Positions 48,158 to 57,900 of a DNA stretch of 64,000 bases are shown here, piece after piece. Within the stretch, counting starts at the first letter, position 1. The number at the start of each line of letters is the position of its first letter. Source of the stretch: a virus (lineage: Duplodnaviria > Caudoviricetes); IMG/VR virus record IMGVR_UViG_3300021254_000025, positions 44,944-108,943 of that record. One strand, written 5' to 3'. The translations under genes and the position numbers were made by a program. The notes beneath the pieces were generated by a model. The model had not been told where the DNA came from and searched no databases. It saw only the letters and a program-made list of their open reading frames with translations.

Positions 48158-48817
48158 GTGTTTCCTATGGGAGAAATATCAAAAGCAGTCGGCCAATGGA
48201 TACTTGGTAATGTCGGCTGGTCTATTATTATTCTTTTATTTATTTTGTCGTGTTTCTTTAAGATTACCAAGAGGAATATTGATCCGCTTGGCTGGGTTAT
48301 AAGCTGGATTGGAAAAGCTTTTACAACGGATGTCCGCAAAGATGTTGCAGAGTTAAAAGCTGATTCAGCCAGAAAGTTTGCTGAGGTTAAAACAGATCGA
48401 GCTGCAAAAATCGAAGAACTTAAATCAGACTATGAAGCAAAAATAACAAATCTTCGTACTGATCTTGACACCTTCGAAGAAAGAACAAATGCAAGTATCA
48501 ACGAGATGAAAAACGGCACAACAAATAATTGTGAGATGATGAAAGAACGCATGGACCGGATGGAAAAATCCAATGACATGCAAACGATTCGTCAAATAAA
48601 ATCACATGTGCTTGATTTTGCCAATTCATGTTTTAATCATCGGCAGCATACAAAACTGGAATTTGAAAACATCATAAAGGAAAATGAAGAATACGAAGAG
48701 CTCGTGGCAAAACATGGTATTAAAAACAATGTTTATAAAGAAGACTACGAATTCATTATGGAAGTCTATCACGAGTGTCAACGAAAAGGAACATTTCTCG
48801 GCAGCGACAGACAATAA
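48158..48817 (+). CDS. Holin-like / membrane-anchored coiled-coil lysis-region protein
   Basis: N-terminal TM segment, I.P..W...WIGK, R..VL.FA, and YE.......IKN; lies in the lysis cluster. Confidence 0.55.
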   Translation: MFPMGEISKAVGQWILGNVGWSIIILLFILSCFFKITKRNIDPLGWVISWIGKAFTTDVRKDVAELKADSARKFAEVKTDRAAKIEELKSDYEAKITNLRTDLDTFEERTNASINEMKNGTTNNCEMMKERMDRMEKSNDMQTIRQIKSHVLDFANSCFNHRQHTKLEFENIIKENEEYEELVAKHGIKNNVYKEDYEFIMEVYHECQRKGTFLGSDRQ

Positions 48818-48858
48818 GACTTCTTTTTTTGTAAGTCTTTTTAAAAGGAGGAGATCCG

Positions 48859-49194
48859 ATGGCAACATCTTTAAAGTTAAAGGAAGCCTTTATTCAATAT
48901 TCAAAAAAGATGTGTACGAGAGTGACGCTTTTCTGGATGCTCTATCGGATCGCAAATTTTCTTGTTGTTCTTTTGCGGCCAGAAATAGCGTCAGCTCTTG
49001 TAGATCTCAGTACCGGTGTTGACACAATTATGATTGTGAATATGGGTGCTTATACCTTTAACAGCGGCACTGAGAAAGTAGCTATAGCATTTGGTAAAAA
49101 TGCGATAAGACCTAAAGAAAAGTCTGAAGAAGAAGACGAATCTGAAGAAGACGAGTCTGAAAAGAAAGAAGAAGAAGGAGATGCAGTTGGATGA
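48859..49194 (+). CDS. Putative holin (two TM segments, acidic C-terminal tail)
   Basis: YSKK followed by two hydrophobic segments; short EEDES tandem repeat. Confidence 0.5.
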   Translation: MATSLKLKEAFIQYSKKMCTRVTLFWMLYRIANFLVVLLRPEIASALVDLSTGVDTIMIVNMGAYTFNSGTEKVAIAFGKNAIRPKEKSEEEDESEEDESEKKEEEGDAVG

Positions 49195-49919
49195 CTTACA
49201 AAGAAGCAGTAGATAAATTTCTTGCTAAAGTTATTCAGATTTATCGATCAAATCCTAAACGAAGAGAACCGGCCGATGGCTCCGATGGTTATTGCGATTG
49301 CATTGGATTAATTATCGGAGCTATTCGTAGAATGGGTCTCAAATGGACTGGTATTCATGGATCGAACTGGGCGGCCAGAAAAGAAATGGTAGACCTCAAG
49401 CCTATTGCATCTCAGGCTGATTTACAACCCGGAGATATTGTGCTGAAAGCAGTTCCAAAGGGACACAAAAACTGGGATCTGCCCTCCAGATACAGAAAGG
49501 GCGGAAGGTACTACAACGGTGATACGAACGATTATTATCATGCAGGTGTAGTGTACAGTGTAAATCCTTTTCAAATCAAACATATGAGTACAAGAATGAC
49601 CACTGATACTAAGGTAAACGTGTATTATCCTTGGACTCACTATGGAAAGAGTAGACAACTGAAAGAGGCATCCGAGATTCCTGTGCCAACTCCCACCTCT
49701 GGCGAACAGGCAGTGTTGGTTGCTCCTTCAGGAGGAACTGTTAATCTGCGTCGGACTCCTAGTCTGAAGGGAGCTTTAATGATGCAGGTTCCGCTTGGAA
49801 CGATTGTAAACATCATTACTCCCGGAGAAGAATGGTGCAAGGTAACGTTCAGGAATAAAACTGGCTACATGATGGCTAAGTTCCTTGACATTATCGGTGA
49901 TGGAAAAGGTAATTATTGA
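49191..49919 (+). CDS. Endolysin-like NlpC/P60-type cysteine peptidase with C-terminal SH3b
   Basis: DCIGLI...HGSN...LQPGD...YYHAGVV...WTHYG, then VNLR.TPS...WCKV.F..KTGYMM.KFL. Confidence 0.75.
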   Translation: MTYKEAVDKFLAKVIQIYRSNPKRREPADGSDGYCDCIGLIIGAIRRMGLKWTGIHGSNWAARKEMVDLKPIASQADLQPGDIVLKAVPKGHKNWDLPSRYRKGGRYYNGDTNDYYHAGVVYSVNPFQIKHMSTRMTTDTKVNVYYPWTHYGKSRQLKEASEIPVPTPTSGEQAVLVAPSGGTVNLRRTPSLKGALMMQVPLGTIVNIITPGEEWCKVTFRNKTGYMMAKFLDIIGDGKGNY

Positions 49920-49928
49920 TTAAAGGAG

Positions 49929-50309
49929 ATGTGTACTATGAAGTTTATTGCAGAAAATTGGTATATTATTCTTGCTGCTGTTGCGGCTATTGCTGTTATT
50001 ATTTACTGCATTATTAAGTTCTTTAAATTCCCGCGAGCAGAACAGATAGCGAAGATTAAAGAATGGCTCCTGTATGCCGTAGCCGAAGCTGAAAGAGAAC
50101 TTGGAAGCGGCACCGGCCAGCTGAAACTTCGCAAGGTTTACGATATGTTTGTTACCAAATTTCCATTCCTTGTTAAATTTATTTCTTTTGAATACTTCAG
50201 CAACCTTGTAGACGAAGTTCTTGTTAAGTTCAAAAAGATGTTTGAAACAAATGAAAACGTCAAAACTTATGTTAACACCAGTATTTCAACACACAATCCA
50301 GAGGTGTAA
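49929..50309 (+). CDS. Holin (LL-H-like)
   Basis: N-terminal TM segment; WLLYAV.EAE.ELGSGTG.LKL..VY. Confidence 0.7.
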   Translation: MCTMKFIAENWYIILAAVAAIAVIIYCIIKFFKFPRAEQIAKIKEWLLYAVAEAERELGSGTGQLKLRKVYDMFVTKFPFLVKFISFEYFSNLVDEVLVKFKKMFETNENVKTYVNTSISTHNPEV

Positions 50310-50312
50310 ACA

Positions 50313-51023
50313 ATGAACGAACAAGTTATCTGGGATTATTTAATCAAAGAAACAAATAATCCTTACGGCACGGCAGCAATTATGGGTAACCTTATGGCTG
50401 AAAGCTCATTAAATCCTAAAAATGTTACAGGATCTAAAGACCCGGATTACGTTGCCAAAGCCGATGCCGGAACCCTGGATTTCGTTCATGATAAATGTGC
50501 TTTCGGTTTAGCTCAATGGTGTTTCTATACTCGCAAAGAAGCACTCTTGAATCGTGCTAAAATCAAGGGGGTCTCTGTAGGAGACATCAACGTACAGTTG
50601 GACTATCTTGTAAGTGAATTAAAAAACAGTTATAAGACTGTCTGGTCTGTTGTAACCAATGCCAAAGAAATTCGTGCTGCTTCTGATATTTTTATGCTGA
50701 AATATGAAAAGCCAGCTAATACATCAGAAACAATGAAGCAACGGCGTGCTAACTATGCACAGAAGTTTTTTGATACATTTGCTTCTTCCGAAACTCCAGA
50801 TAAACAGGAGAAAAAAGAGGAAAAAACAATGCCTAAGAAGGTTATTATAACTGCGAACAGGGTAAATCTTCGGGTTGGAAATGGCCTGAATTACTCCAGT
50901 ATTGCACAGGTTAACAAGAATGCTATGTACGAGTGGATTGCAACAGCCGAAAATGGATGGCATGCAATCAAAATTCCAGGGAGAATTGTATGGGTAAGCG
51001 GACAATTTTCCAAGGTCCAATAA
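50313..51023 (+). CDS. Phage tail-lysozyme-like muramidase with C-terminal SH3
   Basis: AAIMGNL.AES.LNP, FGLAQW, QLDYL..EL, F...YEKP...RR..YA, then VNLRVG.G. Confidence 0.8.
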   Translation: MNEQVIWDYLIKETNNPYGTAAIMGNLMAESSLNPKNVTGSKDPDYVAKADAGTLDFVHDKCAFGLAQWCFYTRKEALLNRAKIKGVSVGDINVQLDYLVSELKNSYKTVWSVVTNAKEIRAASDIFMLKYEKPANTSETMKQRRANYAQKFFDTFASSETPDKQEKKEEKTMPKKVIITANRVNLRVGNGLNYSSIAQVNKNAMYEWIATAENGWHAIKIPGRIVWVSGQFSKVQ

Positions 51024-51025
51024 AA

Positions 51026-51086
51026 AAGGCAGCTTTCGCTGCCTTAATTCAGGGGATACTGTTATATACAGTGTCCCCTTTTTTTA
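51026..51086. terminator. Two hairpins terminating convergent transcription at the strand switch
   Basis: AAGGCAGC-TTTC-GCTGCCTT preceded by an A-tract, and AGGGGATACTGT...ACAGTGTCCCCT followed by a T-tract. Confidence 0.75.
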
Positions 51087-51599
51087 TCAGTCCCACAAAT
51101 AATCCCAGTGTTCCAGTATTTCATATATAGTTTTCTTAAACAATTCTTTATGTTCGTTTGTTAATTCGAGCCATCGTTCATAATATTTTTCTCTTAATTC
51201 CCTTTTCTCTTCTGTTTCTTCTTCTGTGAGAGCTTCTTTAGGATTTTTCATTAAGCTATTAATATATGGCTCGTAATATTCATTTCCATCGTTTTCGTCT
51301 TGGCATTTTTCAATTTGATTTGCCATATGACGGAGCCAACTGCTCCAGTCTTCAGGAGTTTCAAAAGGAGGTACTCCAGGGTATCCATGCCCATGTACAG
51401 CCATTTCTTTCAGCATTTGAGGAGCAATTTCTTTAAACCACATATCGAAATTAGCCCAATCCAAATAACAGTATCCCTTTGTTGTTCTTTGCCATGCGTT
51501 TTGAATATTCCATTTTAGTTCACGGAACCATTTCCAAGGTTTCTTTAAATAATATTTTGCTGGATGGTTCCATGTCCATACATTTAAATAGTCTTTCAA
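51087..51599 (-). CDS. Hypothetical Trp-rich protein
   Basis: 170-aa ORF, coupled to the upstream gene; GYP...W...L..M and LWD end. Confidence 0.7.
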   Translation of the reverse strand: MKDYLNVWTWNHPAKYYLKKPWKWFRELKWNIQNAWQRTTKGYCYLDWANFDMWFKEIAPQMLKEMAVHGHGYPGVPPFETPEDWSSWLRHMANQIEKCQDENDGNEYYEPYINSLMKNPKEALTEEETEEKRELREKYYERWLELTNEHKELFKKTIYEILEHWDYLWD

Positions 51600-51790
51600 T
51601 TTTGCTTTCCTTCTTTTTCACGTTCTTCCCTATACAGCGGACAGGATTCTGTTCCTTTTAAGTTCGCAGCTGAAAACAAACCTGTCTTACTTAACCTATG
51701 TATTGTATTGCGTTCACATTTTTCATAACTGCATTCGCTTACGCACCATGTTATATCGTCATAAATCCAGTCATACTCCATCTTTATCAC
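51596..51790 (-). CDS. Small Cys-containing hypothetical protein
   Basis: DITWC...C...C.R...CP; lies in an operon-like run. Confidence 0.6.
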   Translation of the reverse strand: MIKMEYDWIYDDITWCVSECSYEKCERNTIHRLSKTGLFSAANLKGTESCPLYREEREKEGKQN

Positions 51791-52424
51791 TCCACTCTTC
51801 TTTGTTTCTTGGATGTCCGCAAGGTCTTTCCTCTGTGCATTTTCCTGTTACACATCCAGGCCCTGCGTTTTCAAAGACTTGCGGCGCTATTTCCTTGCAC
51901 TGCTTAAGCATCTCGTCTGCCATCTGACGAATCTCCCATTGAGCTCTATTACATGTTCGGAGACCAAAGAAATGCAGGAGTTCCCGACAGTTCATTGTCA
52001 TAAATAATTGAGTTGGAACAGCCTGCGGTGTTACGTATCTTGCATCTTCCGCTGGAATTCCTGCATCAAGAAGCTTCTTGTATGTATCCATAGAATGTTT
52101 CATACAAGATATTGCTTCCTCAGCAAGATCAGACTGTTTAATGGTTTCCGGAATAATAAGTTCAGGATTATCAAGCTTTACATATCGCTGGCTCTGAACA
52201 CTGAATGAAGCCAAACGATGTCGTGTCAGCTGCGCAAGGCAAGCTCTGCTGATTCCTTCGATTTCAAATGTAAACGATGCGTGTTCAAGAACGCTTGTAT
52301 GTCCTGCTCCGGCTGAATGTTTCAGTGAGCTTTCATAATTGTTTGAATTATAACATACGGCTGCAGCCATTCCACAAAGTTTAGCTGCATCCATTATTGG
52401 ATAACTAATAAGTTTTACTTTCAT
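51771..52424 (-). CDS. thyX: Flavin-dependent thymidylate synthase
   Basis: GHTSVLEH, ISRA...QLTRHR.ASFSVQSQRY (RHRx7S motif), EDARY, AQWEIR. Confidence 0.95.
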   Translation of the reverse strand: MKVKLISYPIMDAAKLCGMAAAVCYNSNNYESSLKHSAGAGHTSVLEHASFTFEIEGISRACLAQLTRHRLASFSVQSQRYVKLDNPELIIPETIKQSDLAEEAISCMKHSMDTYKKLLDAGIPAEDARYVTPQAVPTQLFMTMNCRELLHFFGLRTCNRAQWEIRQMADEMLKQCKEIAPQVFENAGPGCVTGKCTEERPCGHPRNKEEWSDKDGV

Positions 52425-52439
52425 TGTTTCTTCCTCCGT

Positions 52440-52823
52440 TCAATAGTATCTTACGGCTCTTGTCACAACCCGTAATACTTTTCCGCATATACCCATATCC
52501 ACAAGTTCATGTATTGCTTTCTCATAGTTTTCGTCCTTTGGTTCTGCCATTATTTTTCTCTGCGGATACGAGTAGCAAAGATGGTACAGTGGATAATCTT
52601 CCTTTAATTCTTTCTCCATAAATTCGATTTCAGCGTTGATGATTTTTTCTCTCGGAAGATTGATCAAGTCAAAGATATACTCAGGGATGTAATGGATAAT
52701 CTCTATTACCGCATGTTCGTCGTCATCAATAATTTTCTTAACCATATTATACCTTTCATTTATATAACTGGAATTTTTTTGAAATTTTCCAAGCTGTTTC
52801 ATCTTCAAGTGGGCGAAAACCAA
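52440..52823 (-). CDS. Hypothetical protein (true start possibly downstream of 52823)
   Basis: Fills the gap between pth2-like and thyX on the coding strand. Confidence 0.55.
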   Translation of the reverse strand: MVFAHLKMKQLGKFQKNSSYINERYNMVKKIIDDDEHAVIEIIHYIPEYIFDLINLPREKIINAEIEFMEKELKEDYPLYHLCYSYPQRKIMAEPKDENYEKAIHELVDMGICGKVLRVVTRAVRYY

Positions 52824-53196
52824 TACATGTTAATGTGCGACCTATTCCATTTTCATCAAACTCTTCTGGTATTAGCTCTGTGTTACAAGCATCCTTAATT
52901 AAAAAGAAATCTTTTCCTTCTTCTAATCCAAGTTCTTCTGCTAATGTTTTCGCTTTTAAAAGCTGAGTTCTATTTTTAGCTTCGCAGATAGTTTTTGTAA
53001 AAATGCCACAGAACCAATCTTCGTAAACAGTTTTAGGAATAACTAATGGAACAAGGTAATCTGTTGTTAAACTAAGTTGCTCGCCCTTACTACGAATCTT
53101 TTGAGATAGAAATGCCCAACTTGCATGTGCAACTTGAGATGCAAGTTTTCCTGGACTCATTTCCAAGTCTTTTCGCGCAATTATTAGTTGTCTCAT
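52756..53196 (-). CDS. Peptidyl-tRNA hydrolase, Pth2 family
   Basis: M.Q.II.RKDL.MS.GKLA.Q.AHAS, K.I.., I.DA..TE, T.IG..P, ...L.Y match the Pth2 signature. Confidence 0.85.
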   Translation of the reverse strand: MRQLIIARKDLEMSPGKLASQVAHASWAFLSQKIRSKGEQLSLTTDYLVPLVIPKTVYEDWFCGIFTKTICEAKNRTQLLKAKTLAEELGLEEGKDFFLIKDACNTELIPEEFDENGIGRTLTCIGFRPLEDETAWKISKKFQLYK

Positions 53197-53242
53197 TTTT
53201 CCTCCTTAGGGTAGTCCATGATGGAAGCATACAGCAAGTTAA

Positions 53243-53383
53243 TCATGTTATCTCACAAACAATTTCCAATGCCACAAGCAATGCAGATTTCCAACCACGA
53301 ATATATTCTTCGTCTTCGCTGAATGCTTTATCTGCGTCAGTAATACACTCTTCAATTTCTTTAATAGCTTCATCTTTTGTCAT
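53243..53383 (-). CDS. 46-aa hypothetical protein (not in the ORF track)
   Basis: MTKDEAIKEIEECIT...EIVCEIT with an AAAGGAG RBS. Confidence 0.5.
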   Translation of the reverse strand: MTKDEAIKEIEECITDADKAFSEDEEYIRGWKSALLVALEIVCEIT

Positions 53384-53402
53384 GCACCAAACTCCTTTTA
53401 AG

Positions 53403-53579
53403 TTAGGGCTTTAGCCAACCCCATTGAATTATTTCATGGCAACACGGACAAATGACATCTTCTTTATTGATTCTTGCATGACATAATCCACAAACTATGT
53501 ACCACTTTTCAGAATCGTATTGGTTCATATTTTCAATATCGTTTTTGTCCCTGATGTCTGCTATTTCTTGCATGGTCAT
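53403..53579 (-). CDS. 58-aa Zn-ribbon protein (not in the ORF track)
   Basis: CGLC...CPCC; AGGAG RBS. Confidence 0.55.
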   Translation of the reverse strand: MTMQEIADIRDKNDIENMNQYDSEKWYIVCGLCHARINKEDVICPCCHEIIQWGWLKP

Positions 53580-53690
53580 ATAATTATCTCCTGCATTTTT
53601 TGCCGTTGTGCTTTTTGTATACTTCTATTGTGGAATTAATTTTCATTACTATTATTATTCGCCGCTACTTTGTAATACAGCAAATGTATA

Positions 53691-53903
53691 CTATACTATT
53701 TGTAAATCGTCGAATAACAATACGTTGTAATTGTGAATTTCATCATCCGATTTGTACATCAATTGTGTATCATGTCCACGATACTTAGATATAAATTCAT
53801 CATAGCTCATTGTATTATAATCTTGTATCATCTTATTACGGAGTTTTATGTCGTAGTCATCCCATGCTTGTAGATATTCTTCTTTAGTCTTTATCGGTTT
53901 CAT
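53691..53903 (-). CDS. Hypothetical protein
   Basis: ORF on the coding strand with an AAGGTG RBS. Confidence 0.5.
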   Translation of the reverse strand: MKPIKTKEEYLQAWDDYDIKLRNKMIQDYNTMSYDEFISKYRGHDTQLMYKSDDEIHNYNVLLFDDLQIV

Positions 53904-53929
53904 TAGTTACACCTTTTTGGCATTTCATA

Positions 53930-54101
53930 ATACAGTAATTGAGCAGGTGAGGATTTGCACCTCACATGACAGCCTTTACCAAGATCGCGGGTCGCATGAG
54001 CCATAACTCCTTCTTCTCTCGGAGTAACGTTACCTCTCCGATGGTAGCTGTCTCCCGGTAGCACGTCTACCTTTTCCGTCACCGCTCGTTATACAGTAAT
54101 T
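53930..54101. repeat. 11-bp direct repeat ATACAGTAATT flanking the tRNA-like element
   Basis: Copies at 53930-53940 and 54091-54101. Confidence 0.75.
53940..54087 (-). ncRNA. tRNA-like RNA with an expanded anticodon domain
   Basis: Minus strand: GAGCGG/CCTGCTC-A acceptor-like stem, Leu/Ser-type D arm ACG-GAAAAGGTAGA-CGT, T arm TGAGG-TGCAAAT-CCTCA. The ~95-nt middle is closed by GACAGC/GCTGTC and TACCA/TGGTA. Confidence 0.65.
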
Positions 54102-54109
54102 TAACAGCA

Positions 54110-54379
54110 TCACTTTTTCTGCTTTTCTCGTGCCTCAAAACACGAGTTGCAAGCTCTTGCATCTATTTCACAATCCCATTTATCACAGTAATCGTAATAC
54201 CAATGGTAATGTTTGCAATCGTCACAGCTGAACTTATTCGTATTAGTTTTTTGTGTTCTTTCTTCATCGAATAGTTTTTTACATTTTTCGCAATTCTTTG
54301 TTGTGAGTGGAGTCCAATTACTAAGAAAACAATTTTGGCATAAAGGATCGCACGTCATGTTACTATACAAGTTATTCAT
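54110..54379 (-). CDS. Cys-rich hypothetical protein
   Basis: Several CxxC motifs. Confidence 0.6.
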   Translation of the reverse strand: MNNLYSNMTCDPLCQNCFLSNWTPLTTKNCEKCKKLFDEERTQKTNTNKFSCDDCKHYHWYYDYCDKWDCEIDARACNSCFEAREKQKK

Positions 54380-54381
54380 AC

Positions 54382-54684
54382 TTAATTATCTGTTTTTCGC
54401 CTATCTATGTAGTCTCCGATATTCACGGAATTATAATAATCTTCAGTAACATTCCACCATTCTTTTCCATCTTCGTTCTCAACAAGAATACTCCATGAAT
54501 CAGCATGTGATATCCATCGTGGAATAATCTGTGTATGTCTATTCTGCATCATTATAATCGGTTGGTATGTTCGATGTGCTGGAACAAATGATTTGTCTTT
54601 AACTGTTCCGTTGTTTATAGATGCGCAACCTGTCAGACAAATCATCATAACAAACAGAAGTGCCACAATTATGATGCGTTTCAT
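54382..54684 (-). CDS. Putative lipoprotein
   Basis: MKR, a hydrophobic stretch, the lipobox LTGC, and V.EDYY.SV.IGD. Confidence 0.65.
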   Translation of the reverse strand: MKRIIIVALLFVMMICLTGCASINNGTVKDKSFVPAHRTYQPIIMMQNRHTQIIPRWISHADSWSILVENEDGKEWWNVTEDYYNSVNIGDYIDRRKTDN

Positions 54685-54902
54685 ACTATGTTGTCACCTT
54701 CTTCCTTTGCTAGTATCTGCATTTTCCATTTTTCATTTTTAATTCCCATTTCAATTAATGGGCACCATTCTGGTCTTTTCTTGAAAGGATCATCTATTTC
54801 ATCATTGTAAAAACTTTTATGGTTGATTCCACAGTTTACATAATCATTATTGCATGGACAATCTGAACAATTCTCAGGCATAGGAATATCAATTATTATC
54901 AT
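54681..54902 (-). CDS. Small Cys-rich protein (MP..C..CP...RP.WCPL type)
   Basis: Similar to the N-terminal module of the 56978 gene. Confidence 0.65.
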   Translation of the reverse strand: MIIIDIPMPENCSDCPCNNDYVNCGINHKSFYNDEIDDPFKKRPEWCPLIEMGIKNEKWKMQILAKEEGDNIV

Positions 54903-57900
54903 CCCACTTCACCGCCTGGTTGTATGGGTTTTCTTGCTTGTAAATATTTCGAAGGATATCAAGCTCTGCTTCTTGTTGGAGCAATTCTGCTTCCTGCTCT
55001 TTTAATATGGCAATGGTATCCTCGATCATCTGTCCCATGCAGTATTCGGGCTCCCTTATCGCCCTGAATTCTCTGCCGTTACAGATTTCATACGGGTTGC
55101 TGTCACGGAAAATCTTCCATGCTTTGATGAGTCTGTCAATGTTAGCCATTCCATTTCACCGCCTGTCCACAGAATCCGCACCAATGCGGGTACACTTCGC
55201 TGTTCAACCTTTCTCCGCAGTGTGGGCAATCCCCAAATTTGGTATCGAAAATTTTCCCACAAATTTCAACGGGTATAGGTTCACGCTCTCTTTGCATGAC
55301 CTTCATCAGACCAATAACGTTTGTGTACATTTCATGTAGATCACCATCATCCTGCACTAATTCACAATCGGCACAGTTCCGGTCGCAGTCATCGTGCGAT
55401 CCTCTGAGCATGCATTCATGTTCAATTTCTAATAGTTCAATCATTCGTTGGATCGTCATTCACTTCACCGACCTTTTTATTTTTCCTCGTAAACATATTT
55501 TTTAATAAATTCCATATCCGTTCAAAAACGTTCGGATAATAAGGAATTTCATCTGCTTCTTCCCACGTTCCATAAACCGTCTGTTTTGAGGTTTCCGGTT
55601 CATTCATCCCACTTTACCACTCTTCCTCCGGCTTTTCCGTTTTCTTTACAGATTCATGATGCAACTCAACTGTTGTGCTTGAAACCGTATAAGGAACACC
55701 ATTTCCACAGTAATAACACATTGGAATTGTTGGCGAATAAACCCGTTTACAAATAGGGCATTGCCAACCTTGCTGTGCAAAATCAACGCTATGCCACTCG
55801 CTCATTCCACTTCACCTACCTTCCTGCTTGTTTTTGTTCATTTCCTCTAACTTCTTCAGAATCCTTGAACTGTTAATAGCAATATGAACAAGCGTTGCAC
55901 ATACAAGATAACCCATCAGCAGAAAATTTATTCCAAGGCACCTGATAACATTGTCAAGACTCATTCCGCTTCACCTACTTTCCTGCTCCAATGGATACAT
56001 CCTTTGAGGTTTATCTGTATCCATAATGATTATTCCCTTGGGAAGTTTCTTTTCTACATCTTCAATTTCATGCAAATATTTGCTTGAGTAAACATATGTC
56101 ACAGTTAAACTATAACCATCAGTTGTTGGCATGTTCCAATGGCTTGATTGTGTGATTTTCATTCTTGCTTCACCTCTTGCTTAAGCCGTTTTATGAGATA
56201 TGCCTCAAAATTGTCTAAACCTTCAAAAAAGTAACCAGTATCAGCTTGAAATGCATAACCTTTTTTGTCTTTCCAATATGTACAACTACATTCATCTTCT
56301 TCGTCATCTATGTATTTGTTTATCGTTTGTATTGCATTCAAGCATTTGGCTGCATTTTCATCTGCGTTGTATTCTTTATTTATCTCAACGGCGTCCTGTT
56401 CTTTCAGTATAGCAATGGCATCGTCAATGTATTCCATGATGCCGTTATAATCATCTCTAAACATAGTTAATGCGTTTACATATGATTTGAAATCTTTTGC
56501 CCATTCTTCAATTGTCATTCCCACTTCACCTTTTTACCGCACTGACGGCAGTATTTTGCATATTCCTTCGCTTTGTCGATTCCATCGTAAATGTGATACA
56601 TGTACGCACCACACGAACCACAGGCCCATACAAAAATGCCGTCTTCACCTTGTTTGAATGTCGGTTCAACTGCTTCCTGCTCTTTCAGCAGAGTAAGAAT
56701 TTCGTCAATAAATTTATGCGCTATTACTGCACTATCAAGTCCGATTTCCGCAGTTTGCGTTTTTATATCCTCTAATGTACTGATAACATTTTCCCTGTCA
56801 GTCATTTCATCCAGCTCCTTGTTCTTCCACACAACCAATTACCAACGGCGCTATAATATGTAGGCTTCTTTCCTGTTTCTTTTTCAATTTTCTTTTCACG
56901 AAAATGATTAACGATAAGCCCAATAATACAGCCAGCTTCCGCAATCCCCAATACGCAAAGAATAAACACATCCTCATTCATTCCCACTTCACCTCTTGTC
57001 CGCAATATGGACAATAGTTCCATTCACGAAAAAGTTCTTCATCACGACTTCCACATGTAGGACAAACATAATCCCAATAGCCATTCTTTTTACGTATAAC
57101 TGGATTTTTCGCTTCATGCTTTTTCAACGGACAGTTATCATCACGTTTATTATTCAGCCATCCACTGTCGTTTGCAATCTTACATCCCATGTTTTTCCTC
57201 ACCCAACAAGAATAACAATCAGATGGCATCTGAATATCAATCTGAACCATCCCACTTCACCGTCTTTCTTTGCTCATCCGATGGCTTTGCAGACCAACAC
57301 CGCCATTTCTTGCCATAGCTGTCGTCACCGCGCTGTATCCGTATTGAGGCAATGCATGGCCATGTAATACAGGTTAATGCATAATCACCGCAAATCATTT
57401 TGTATTGTTTTCCAGGCAAACGTTCTTCTTCCAAATAGCAACAATCCCAATCAAACGCTTTGACCTCATCCAGCGTCATCACTCGTGCTTCCTGCTCTTT
57501 CAGCAAACCAAGAACATCGTCTACCAATCGTTCGCATATTTGAAACGATCTTCCCCCATATTCGCAGTTTTCACAATCGTTACATTTTTGATTTTTGCGG
57601 CAATATTCAAGACTTTCAATAATTCTTTCTTTACTCACTCACACTTTACCGACCTTCCCACAAAACTGGATGTCCACATTCACGACAGAATTTGTCAAAC
57701 TCGTTTGGGTCATCCTCGTCATGATCTTCAAATCCAACATATGAACCGCAGTTTCCACACAACCATATACGACCTGTTTCCTTGTCACGAACAGGCTTTA
57801 CAGCATCTTGCTCCTTCAGCAAGTCAATGGTATCACGTACTAATTCGGCGCATTGTGGCATTAACTCGTCAAGAACAATTGCAAGCCGTTTAAGCCGTTC

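Noticed and set aside
49121-49170. Short GAAGAAGACGARTCT tandem repeat
   Set aside because: It simply encodes the acidic EEDES tail of a holin-like protein.
47-51020. Many 60-200-aa minus-strand and alternate-frame ORFs overlapping the structural genes (e.g. 945-1400, 22821-23414, 32911-33423, 38461-38967)
   Set aside because: They are shadow ORFs within long plus-strand genes, with no recognisable motifs or RBS.
53940-54087. Standard tRNA-Leu/Ser or tmRNA
   Set aside because: There is no 7-nt anticodon loop on a 5-bp stem after the D arm, the T loop is non-canonical, and 148 nt fits neither class. Reported as a tRNA-like ncRNA instead.
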